From NCBI GenBank assembly GCA_001821395.1, contig MHLM01000002.1, positions 1-11,892 on the forward strand: DNA of 11,892 nucleotides. Reading direction: 5' to 3'. This stretch comes from Candidatus Lloydbacteria bacterium RIFCSPHIGHO2_02_FULL_50_18. GTDB lineage: Bacteria; Patescibacteriota; Minisyncoccia; Phycocordibacterales; UBA6899. Position numbers and translations under genes: made by a program. Positions 5,530 to 11,892 of this stretch are shown piece by piece; the first letter of the stretch is position 1; each line of letters opens with the position of its first letter. The notes beneath the pieces were generated by a model, which saw nothing but the letters and a program-made list of their open reading frames with translations, ran no database searches and was not told the origin of the DNA.

Positions 5530-8500
5530 TCACGCGCCTCCCCCGGATGAAATGACGGGGGCAGGAACGTCAGGAACAGGTGCCGTAGGCTCGGAGACAG
5601 GAGCATCGGGAACTGGGGGCGTTGGTTCTGGGACAGGAGTATCGAGAACAGGAGGCGTGGATTCGGAAGTAGGAGGCGTGATGGGTTCTGAAACGAGTGG
5701 TGTAACGGGTTCAGTTACGGTAGAAACCGTTGATTCAGTAACAACGGGTACGCCCGACTCAGTGTTTGTGGTGTCACCGGTACCCACCTCAACAGTCGGC
5801 TGTTCTATTGTAGGTGGTGTTGAGTTTGCGCTCGTACTGCCTCCGGTAGCCCCCTCTTCAGGAGGCAATTCATCAAACGGAGTTCCCGACTGGATTAGGA
5901 GTGCACGCAGTCCCGCCTCGTCGATGCAGACACGCCCGACACATAATTTCTTTGTCTGCACTTCAGGGATCTTGAGCACACCGTTCTCATCGAGCGACCA
6001 GTTGTTTGCAACGCCGCGTAACGAGCCGATCTCAGCGATCGAGAATGACTGCATGTTGATCGATGCATTGGCGAGCATTGTATTGTTCTCAGTATCGACA
6101 GACCAGATATTCCCCAGGTCGACCGATTCGCCCGACACCGCACTTCCGAGCGAGCTCAGCTTGGTCTGCACGAATACGAACAGCTTCATTGTTGTCTCAT
6201 TGTTCACCGTAGCGATATATGGCTCAAGTGCGATACCGACTGTTGGCTCTCCCGGTGCGGCCTTCTTTCCTACTCCAATGACGGATGAAGGAGCGATCAT
6301 GTCTCCCACATGGATCGCACCGCCCTCAAGCGAGACCGTCACCGGGACACGTCCGACAAGCGCGATCGGGATCTGCCGTGCGTTATTCTCGGCAACATCA
6401 TCCTTGATATCGCCCGCGACTTTAAATCCACCGAGAATGACACCCGGATCAGTCGAGACAACACCGAAGAGAATTGGACCGGGAACAGTTTTGTCAAAAC
6501 GCTTCACGAACACGGGATGTGCGGGATCGAGCATGACGATATCGCCCGGCATAGCGGCGCTGTCGAGTGTCGGATACTGCTCGGCAACGTCGATACCGGC
6601 AAGCGATGAACCTTCTCCGTAGATGAACCCTCGCGTGCGTGCTGCAGCAGAACACTCACCACCATCATCGTTCACACAGATGATACCATTCTCAACAATG
6701 AGCGACGCATCGGGAATGTTGGATGAATAATACGGCGTCGTGGAACCGATATTCACGGTTGTTGAACCCACTGTGCCACCTGATAATGCTTCACCCGAGA
6801 TCGTGAGCATAGGGATGCCATCGAGCTGTGCGGAGTAGCGTTCTTTCGTTCCCACTGCGGATAATGAAGTAATGTTCATATCGATCCAGCTCAAAATACC
6901 CGCATCGTTCTCAAATTCCGCAGGACCCGCCTCAAGGTGGTCCACCGACATGTTGACGAACGATGAGGTGGCCGAGGAAGAAGTGGCGGTAAAGAAGTTC
7001 GCAAGTACCTCGCCGACCACAGAGAGTTTCGCCCATGGAGAACTCGTGCCGATCCCCACATTACCATTGTTCAACACCGTGAAGAGCGTGGTCGAGGCGC
7101 TGTTGGCTACTTCAAATGCCATTGAAGTTGCGAGGGTATCCCCTCCCCAGACCGTGAGCTTGGCATAGGGAGAAGAGGTGCCGACACCGAGCTTGCCAGT
7201 GAGTGGCTGGGTGGTGAGGGAAGTGTTTGTTGTGGTGGCAGGAAGGTTGGCAAAGAGGAAGTTGCCGATGTTCATCATGTTGCTCGAGGATACTGCGGGG
7301 AATTTGATGTTGTAGCCCATGCCAATGTTGTTGTAGCCCGTGGTGATGGCGGTGCCTCCGGAGTTTTGGTCATGTCCGAGGAAGATATTGTCATAGCCGG
7401 TAGTGACGTTGAGGCCGGCTTGATAGCCGAGGGCGGTGTTGTATGAGCCAGTATTGTTGAGGAAGAGGGCTTGATACCCCAATGCGTTATTGTATAAGCC
7501 GGTGGTATTGGCGTTGAGGGCGCTTACTCCCAAAGCGGTGTTGTATGAGCCGGTGGTGTTGGAGTAGAGGGCGCTTGCTCCCAATACGTTGTTGTATGAG
7601 CCGGTGGTGTTGGAGTAGAGGGCGTATTGTCCTAATGCAGCGTTGACGCTTCCGTTAGTGTTGGAGTAGAGGGCGGAATATCCCAATGCGTTGTTGCTGG
7701 AGCCAGTGGTGTTGGAGTAGAGGGATTGGTACCCCAATGCATTGTTCGCTGCGCCGGTCGAGCCATTCGTCCCAGAAAGTCCTCTGAGTGCTTGAAATCC
7801 TACAGCAAAATTATCTGTTCCTGACGTTGCATATTGCATTGCGTATTGACCCATCGCAATGTTGTTACCACCAGTAGCCGGTGATCCTCCTGTGAAGGAT
7901 CCGGTGGTGGTTGCTCCCGCATAGTAGAAGTTCATGCGGGTTGAAGAGGCGGCCATACCGAGAACGCCATTCAAGTAGTATCCACCGAGGGAGCTCGTGG
8001 CGTTGAATGCGGTTGCGTTTGGGGTGGAGGTTGGAGCGATAGTCGTGGCACTCGTCCAAGCGGAGAGCATTCCTGCAACACCACCGGAGAGTGATGCACC
8101 TGAAGTGAGGCAGGTGCCGTTCACGGCGAAGCAGCCTGCAGCAAGATTGATGCCACCGGTACTATTGAATGTTGAAGTTGCTGCGGTAAAGTTGATACCG
8201 TTTGTTGTGCCGAGGGAGAGGAGAGAGCCAGGAGTGGTCGAGCCAATTCCCATGTTGCCACTATTTGCGACGGTAAATACTTCATCAGACGAGTTGTTTA
8301 AGCTCATGATCTTGCCTGTTCCCATCTGGGTGGTTGATGCGAGAGCAACGGAGGAGGAGGCGAAGATGGAAAGTGGTGAGTATGCGACTTGTCCGAGTTG
8401 TTTAGTATCGAGCGTGAGCCGATCCCACTCTGTGTATTTCGTGCCGGTTCCGAGGTCATTGATTGACGATGCACCCGTGCCGGAGTATGAGTTGCCGACG

Positions 8501-11500
8501 AGGACGTTGTTGTCGGAGGTGGAGTTGACGATATCGATCGCATAGCCGGTGCCGGCGGTATCGACAATGCTATTGGAAGAAACAACGTTCCCGTCAGAGG
8601 TGATGATGTAGATACTGCTGTTCGCTCCCGCGGCACCGTTATTGTAGAGCGAGTTGGCGGTGACGGTATTGTTTGAGGCGCTGTCGAGGTAGAAGCCATA
8701 GTGACTGTTACTATCCGCAGTATTGCCGGTAAGGGTGTTGTTTGAGGAGAGGTAGATTTTCATACCGTCATAGTTATTTCTCACGGTATTCCCAGTGACA
8801 GTATTATTTAAGGAGGAGAGGAGGTAGATGCCGAAGTTTCCGCTGCTGTTGGCGGTATTGCCTGTGAGGATGTTGTCGTTGGAGGAGGAGAGGGAGATGC
8901 CGATGCTACTGTTGCTATTCGCGATATTGCCGGTGAGGGTGTTATTTAGGGAGGAGAGGAGGGAGATGCCGATGGCGTTGATGTTCGCGGTGTTTCCGGT
9001 GAGGGTATTGTTTGAGGAGGAAGAGAGGTAGATGCCATTGCCGTTGTTGCTATTCGTAGTATTGCCGGTGAGGGTGTTATCGTTGGAGGAGGAGAGGAAG
9101 ATACCATGGTTGGTAGTGGTGGCAACAGTAATATTTCTGATAGTAGAAGAAGCTACGGAGGTGAATCTGATACCGTTTTGGAAGCCAGTGTTACGCCCTT
9201 GATTTCCATCAACGAAGAGGTCGGCAATGGTGACGTATGAGAGGGTGTTGGCGGCAATAGCATTTGCCGTCGCGTTTGTTGAGGATGCAATATGGATGAC
9301 GGTGGAGTTCCCGAAACCGATGAGGGAAGTGGAGGTTGCCATCTGGATCTTGTCCCCTGCTCCGGTGGAGAGGTAGTAATCTCCTTCCATGAGGTAGACC
9401 TTGCCGCCGCGACCACCTGCGTATGCAGCTTGGAGTGCGGTGTTGATGGCGGTTTCTGCACCTGCGCCGTCTGCGACATAATCTGCGTACGCTTTGTTCG
9501 TGGAGTTTTGTGCTGCGACGGTATAGGTTGCGCCGTCACCATCGGGAGATGCTGCTCCTCCTCCGACACAGACGCCATTCACTGCAAAGCAGCCTGAGGA
9601 GAGTGCGATACCTCCGGCGAATGTACTCGTTGCGCCTCCGGTAACTGCAAGGTTTGAGGTGGTTGCCGTATTGGAGACGATGAAGTTTGAGGTGGAGGCG
9701 AGTCCGTTGTTGAAAATGGAGAAGAGTGAAGTTGAGGCGGAGTTCACTGCTTCAAATGCGCGGGAGGTGTCGAGAGTATCCCCTCCCCAGACGGTGAGCT
9801 TGGCATAGGGAGAAGAGGTACCGACACCGAGCTTGCCGGTCAAGGGTTGAGTGGTGAGGGTTGTTCCGGTGGTGGTCGCAGGAAGGTTGGCAAAGAGGAA
9901 GTTGCCGATATTCATCATGTTGCTTGAGGATACTGCGGGGAATTTGATGTTGTAGCCCATACCGATGTTGTTGTATCCCGTGGTGATGGCGGTGCCTCCA
10001 ACGTTTTCGTCGTGCCCGAGGAAGATGTTGTCGTAGCCGGTGGTGACGTTGTATCCTGCCTGATTACCGAGGGCAGTGTTGTATGAGCCGGTGGTGTTAA
10101 AAATGAGGGAATAATGCCCGAATGCGTTGTTGTATGAACCGATGGTGTTATTGGAAAGTGCACTGCCACCAAATACACTGTTAAATGATCCCGTAGTGTT
10201 TTCTAACATAGATGTTTCACCAAAAGCTGAATTTCCTCCTCCCGTTGTATTTTTTCCTAACGAGTTTGAACCAACAGCAGTGTTGTCACTACCGGAAATA
10301 TTATTGCTTAACGCCCCTGCACCAACACCGGTGTTGTATCCTCCGGTTAAATTTGACTGTAGCACTGCCTCACCGATCGCAGTGTTTATATTACCAGTTG
10401 TATTTTGCATTAAGGTTGATTTTCCAAATGCAGTGTTGAAATTTCCGGTATTCGCCTGTAATGCCCAATAACCGAATGCGGTATTATTAATTCCCGGGGT
10501 ACTACTTGTTCCCGCCCCAAGACCCATGAAAGTATTGTATGTCGTCGACGATGCAGTGATAAATTTTTGTCCATTCCAATAGACATAGCCATCAGTTACC
10601 CCAGTATCAATAGCGATGTTTCCCGCAACGCTGAGTTTTGCCCAGGGAGAGGTGGTGCCAATACCGACGTATCCATTATTTGCAACGGTGAAGACTTCGC
10701 TCGAACTATTGTTGAGCGACATGATCTTGCCACTTCCCATCTGAGTAGTGGACGCAAGCGCGACGGAAGAGGAGGCGAAGATAGCAAGCGGTGAGTATGC
10801 AACTTGGCCGAGTTGCTTGGTATCGAGGGTGAGGCGGTCCCACTGTGTGTATTTGGTGTTAGTGCCGAGGTCCTGAATAGAGGAGGCACCGATACCGGAG
10901 TATGAGTTGCCGATGAGGACGTTGTTGTCGGAGGCGGAGGAGGTGAGATGGATCGCATAACCCGTACCAGCGGTATCTTGGATGATGTTGGAAGAAATGA
11001 CGTTCCAATCAGAAGTTTCGATACGAATACTGCTGTTCGCTGACGCGGCTGTGTTATCAGCAAGCGAGTTGCCAGTGACGGTGTTGTTTGAGGAAGAGGA
11101 AAGGAAAATACCGTAAAAACTATTGTTATTCACGGTGTTCCCAGTGACGATGTTGTTATTGGAGGAGCCAGCGAGGTAGATGCCGGTGTAGCTGTTACTA
11201 TTCGCAGTGTTCCCAGTGACGATGTTGTTTGAGGAGGACATGAGGTAGATGCCGTAGTTGGTGTTGCTATTTACTGTATTCCCAGTGACGATGTTGTTCA
11301 AAGAGGTGGCAGAGAGGAGGAAGCCGTTGTTACCGTTACCACTGAACGTATTCCCAATGACGGTATTATTCAAGGAAGAGACGAGGTAGATGCCAGTGTC
11401 GGTCGTGGTGGCAACCGTAACGTTCCTGATAGTAGAGGAGGAAACGGAAGTAAATTGGATACCAGTTTGTGAACTGGTGTTCCGCCCTCTATTTCCATCA

Positions 11501-11892
11501 ATGAAGAGATCGGCAATTGTGATGTATGAGAGTGTGTTTGCCACGATAGCGTTGGCGGTTGCGTTGGTGGATGACGCAATATGAATGACCGTAGATTGTC
11601 CTGCTCCAATGAGTGATGTTGAGGTTGCCATCTGGATCTTGTCCCCTGCTCCGGTGGAGAGATAGTAGTCTCCTTCCATGAGGTAGACCTTGCCGCCACG
11701 GCCTCCTGCGTATGCAGCTTGGAGGGCGGTGTTGATTGCGGTTTCTGCGCCTGCGCCGTCTGCGACATAATCTGCGTACGCTTTGTTCGTGGAGTTTTGT
11801 GCTGCGACGGTATAGGTTGCACCGTCACCATCGGGAGATGCTGCTCCCCCTCCGACACACGTGCCGTTCACTGCGAAGCAGCCGGCGGAGAT
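5530..11892 (-). CDS. Giant modular surface/fibre-like protein, 5'-partial (at least 2120 aa in the window). Two tandem units of ~763 aa (tailspike/pectate-lyase-like beta-helix + stalk + 17-residue repeat array), a C-terminal globular domain and a Pro/Thr-rich tail
   Basis: One uninterrupted frame runs from the window edge to the stop at 5530-5532. The frame is still open at 11892 (translation ...ISAGCFAVNGTC... matches the internal repeat SSGCFAVNGVC), so the true start lies outside. GDGATYTVAAQ...GAETAINTALQAAYAGGRGGKVYLMEGDYYL is the typical N-cap of the Pectate_lyase_3/tailspike beta-helix family. NxxLTGNTANSNSxYGIYL repeats are PbH1 beta-helix coils. Confidence 0.85.
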   Translation of the reverse strand: MSAGCFAVNGTCVGGGAASPDGDGATYTVAAQNSTNKAYADYVADGAGAETAINTALQAAYAGGRGGKVYLMEGDYYLSTGAGDKIQMATSTSLIGAGQSTVIHIASSTNATANAIVANTLSYITIADLFIDGNRGRNTSSQTGIQFTSVSSSTIRNVTVATTTDTGIYLVSSLNNTVIGNTFSGNGNNGFLLSATSLNNIVTGNTVNSNTNYGIYLMSSSNNIVTGNTANSNSYTGIYLAGSSNNNIVTGNTVNNNSFYGIFLSSSSNNTVTGNSLADNTAASANSSIRIETSDWNVISSNIIQDTAGTGYAIHLTSSASDNNVLIGNSYSGIGASSIQDLGTNTKYTQWDRLTLDTKQLGQVAYSPLAIFASSSVALASTTQMGSGKIMSLNNSSSEVFTVANNGYVGIGTTSPWAKLSVAGNIAIDTGVTDGYVYWNGQKFITASSTTYNTFMGLGAGTSSTPGINNTAFGYWALQANTGNFNTAFGKSTLMQNTTGNINTAIGEAVLQSNLTGGYNTGVGAGALSNNISGSDNTAVGSNSLGKNTTGGGNSAFGETSMLENTTGSFNSVFGGSALSNNTIGSYNNAFGHYSLIFNTTGSYNTALGNQAGYNVTTGYDNIFLGHDENVGGTAITTGYNNIGMGYNIKFPAVSSSNMMNIGNFLFANLPATTTGTTLTTQPLTGKLGVGTSSPYAKLTVWGGDTLDTSRAFEAVNSASTSLFSIFNNGLASTSNFIVSNTATTSNLAVTGGATSTFAGGIALSSGCFAVNGVCVGGGAASPDGDGATYTVAAQNSTNKAYADYVADGAGAETAINTALQAAYAGGRGGKVYLMEGDYYLSTGAGDKIQMATSTSLIGFGNSTVIHIASSTNATANAIAANTLSYVTIADLFVDGNQGRNTGFQNGIRFTSVASSTIRNITVATTTNHGIFLSSSNDNTLTGNTTNSNNGNGIYLSSSSNNTLTGNTANINAIGISLLSSLNNTLTGNIANSNSSIGISLSSSNDNILTGNTANSSGNFGIYLLSSLNNTVTGNTVRNNYDGMKIYLSSNNTLTGNTADSNSHYGFYLDSASNNTVTANSLYNNGAAGANSSIYIITSDGNVVSSNSIVDTAGTGYAIDIVNSTSDNNVLVGNSYSGTGASSINDLGTGTKYTEWDRLTLDTKQLGQVAYSPLSIFASSSVALASTTQMGTGKIMSLNNSSDEVFTVANSGNMGIGSTTPGSLLSLGTTNGINFTAATSTFNSTGGINLAAGCFAVNGTCLTSGASLSGGVAGMLSAWTSATTIAPTSTPNATAFNATSSLGGYYLNGVLGMAASSTRMNFYYAGATTTGSFTGGSPATGGNNIAMGQYAMQYATSGTDNFAVGFQALRGLSGTNGSTGAANNALGYQSLYSNTTGSSNNALGYSALYSNTNGSVNAALGQYALYSNTTGSYNNVLGASALYSNTTGSYNTALGVSALNANTTGLYNNALGYQALFLNNTGSYNTALGYQAGLNVTTGYDNIFLGHDQNSGGTAITTGYNNIGMGYNIKFPAVSSSNMMNIGNFLFANLPATTTNTSLTTQPLTGKLGVGTSSPYAKLTVWGGDTLATSMAFEVANSASTTLFTVLNNGNVGIGTSSPWAKLSVVGEVLANFFTATSSSATSSFVNMSVDHLEAGPAEFENDAGILSWIDMNITSLSAVGTKERYSAQLDGIPMLTISGEALSGGTVGSTTVNIGSTTPYYSSNIPDASLIVENGIICVNDDGGECSAAARTRGFIYGEGSSLAGIDVAEQYPTLDSAAMPGDIVMLDPAHPVFVKRFDKTVPGPILFGVVSTDPGVILGGFKVAGDIKDDVAENNARQIPIALVGRVPVTVSLEGGAIHVGDMIAPSSVIGVGKKAAPGEPTVGIALEPYIATVNNETTMKLFVFVQTKLSSLGSAVSGESVDLGNIWSVDTENNTMLANASINMQSFSIAEIGSLRGVANNWSLDENGVLKIPEVQTKKLCVGRVCIDEAGLRALLIQSGTPFDELPPEEGATGGSTSANSTPPTIEQPTVEVGTGDTTNTESGVPVVTESTVSTVTEPVTPLVSEPITPPTSESTPPVLDTPVPEPTPPVPDAPVSEPTAPVPDVPAPVISSGGGA
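5533..5871 (-). other. Pro/Thr/Glu/Val-rich low-complexity C-terminal tail (aa about 2001-2113). Likely an extended spacer or wall-spanning segment
   Basis: ...TEPVTPLVSEPITPPTSESTPPVLDTPVPEPTPPVPDAPVSEPTAPVPDVPAPVISSGGGA*. Confidence 0.6.
5872..7074 (-). other. C-terminal globular region (aa about 1600-2000) containing the motifs GDIVMLD, GVVSTDPGVILGG, ALVGRVPVTV and GAIHVGDMIAPSS
   Basis: Non-repetitive sequence with mixed composition, distinct from the upstream repeats. The motifs resemble C-terminal domains seen on some phage tail-fibre-like proteins. The family assignment is unverified. Confidence 0.35.
7141..7360. repeat. About 220 nt at roughly 90% identity to 9781-10000. Both encode the conserved junction GYDNIFLGHD...NIGMGYNIKFPAVSSSNMMNIGNFLFANLPATTT...GKLGVGTSSPYAKLTVWGGD
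   Basis: Long identical runs, e.g. GCAGGAAGGTTGGCAAAGAGGAAGTTGCCGAT and GAGGATACTGCGGGGAATTTGATGTTGTAGCCCAT. The period of this segment is 2640 nt, different from the 2289-nt period of the cap, so the duplication is mosaic. Confidence 0.75.
7312..7851 (-). other. Array 2 of about 8 tandem 17-residue repeats of the same family
   Basis: aa about 1341-1520: ANNALGYQSLYSNTTGS / SNNALGYSALYSNTNGS / VNAALGQYALYSNTTGS / YNNVLGASALYSNTTGS / YNTALGVSALNANTTGL ... Confidence 0.7.
8512..9561 (-). other. Beta-helix module 2 (second copy of cap plus PbH1 coils), aa about 771-1120
   Basis: The same cap sequence is repeated 763 aa downstream of the first. The coils are diverged, e.g. NSNSHYGFYLDSASNNTVTAN. 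Confidence 0.6.
9351..9605. repeat. Internal tandem duplication of the giant gene: about 255 nt at roughly 92% identity to 11640-11892. Period 2289 nt = 763 aa
   Basis: GTCCCCTGCTCCGGTGGAGAG...GCGACGGTATAGGTTGC...CACTGC read in parallel at both sites. Both encode the beta-helix cap (GDGATYTVAAQ...KVYLMEGDYYL). Confidence 0.8.
9781..10000. repeat. Partner copy of the 7141-7360 junction repeat
   Basis: See the 7141-7360 feature. Confidence 0.75.
9952..10509 (-). other. Array 1 of about 9 tandem 17-residue repeats, consensus x-(Y/F)-N-(T/N)-A-(F/L/I)-G-x-x-(A/S)-L-x-x-N-T-T-G (51-nt period)
   Basis: aa about 455-640: NFNTAFGKSTLMQNTTG / NINTAIGEAVLQSNLTG / GYNTGVGAGALSNNISG / SDNTAVGSNSLGKNTTG ... 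The register is exact over 8 or more units. Confidence 0.7.
10912..11892 (-). other. Beta-helix module 1 (pectate-lyase/tailspike-like cap plus about 9 PbH1 coils), aa about 1-320 of the visible ORF
   Basis: Cap motif AETAINTALQAAYAGGRGGKVYLMEGDYYL, then repeated N-N-x-(I/V/L)-T-G-N-T-x-N-S-N-x-x-x-G-I-Y-L rungs. Confidence 0.6.
11640..11892. repeat. Partner copy (unit 1) of the 2289-nt-period duplication
   Basis: See the 9351-9605 feature. Confidence 0.8.

Noticed and set aside
3243-5606. Longer version of LamG2 starting at 5606 (track ORF, extra 49 aa MLLSPSLRHL...)
   Set aside because: The extension overlaps the giant gene's last 25 codons and both palindromes. The paralog shows the conserved start is MHKKISPK at 5459.
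5438-6622. 394-aa ORF on the plus strand (MGRFFYAY...GTGAVGSETG...)
   Set aside because: It lies antisense to the giant gene's Pro/Thr-rich tail and C-terminal domain. Its translation is Gly/Ser/Thr/Val low complexity, exactly what the reverse complement of P/T/E/V codons gives. It also overlaps the REP and the LamG2 start. Spurious.
7997-8699. ORFs 7997-8545 (+), 8304-8699 (-), 9153-9578 (-), 10596-11063 (-), 11370-11858 (-) and similar 60-160 aa ORFs inside the giant gene
   Set aside because: These are alternative frames of a 6.3-kb continuous frame with recognisable domain repeats. Their products are P/S/T/R-rich low complexity, typical of frame-shifted repetitive coding DNA.
1-11892. tRNA, rRNA or other structured RNA genes
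   Set aside because: No cloverleaf-compatible 70-90 nt segments or rRNA-like conserved blocks were noticed. Essentially the whole window is accounted for by four CDSs and short gaps.

Overview
This 11.9-kb window looks accessory and repeat-rich. It is most likely bacterial chromosomal DNA: dispersed REP-type palindromes and a REP-associated Y1 transposase argue for a cell rather than a phage. Plus strand: one intact IS200/RAYT-type HUH-Y1 transposase gene (65-745). It is bracketed by copies of a 19-nt palindrome, GTCGAGGTC-G-GACCTCGAC, and one perfect copy sits in-frame inside the transposase CDS. Minus strand: a co-oriented three-gene array. (1) A giant modular protein (5530-11892, more than 2113 aa, 5' end beyond the window). 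It is built from two tandem units of about 763 aa; each unit has a pectate-lyase/tailspike-like right-handed beta-helix, a stalk, and an array of 17-residue fibre-like repeats. The second unit is followed by a globular C-terminal domain and a Pro/Thr-rich tail. (2) and (3) Two paralogous Sec-secreted proteins (3243-5459 and 796-2982), each made of three LamG/concanavalin-A-like lectin domains. All three genes show mosaic concerted evolution: stretches of 118-152 nt that are identical letter for letter lie between strongly diverged domain cores. A 55-nt relic of the giant gene's 3' end is duplicated in front of the distal lectin gene. I found no rRNA, tRNA or CRISPR. There is no Shine-Dalgarno motif ahead of the lectin genes. 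Taxon cannot be assigned from sequence alone. Tandem LamG paralogs beside giant fibre-like surface proteins are reminiscent of uncultivated small-genome lineages such as Patescibacteria, but that is a low-confidence guess. The most interesting reading is a candidate surface attachment/recognition module (fibre with depolymerase-like domains plus swappable lectin partners) that diversifies by cassette-like recombination.
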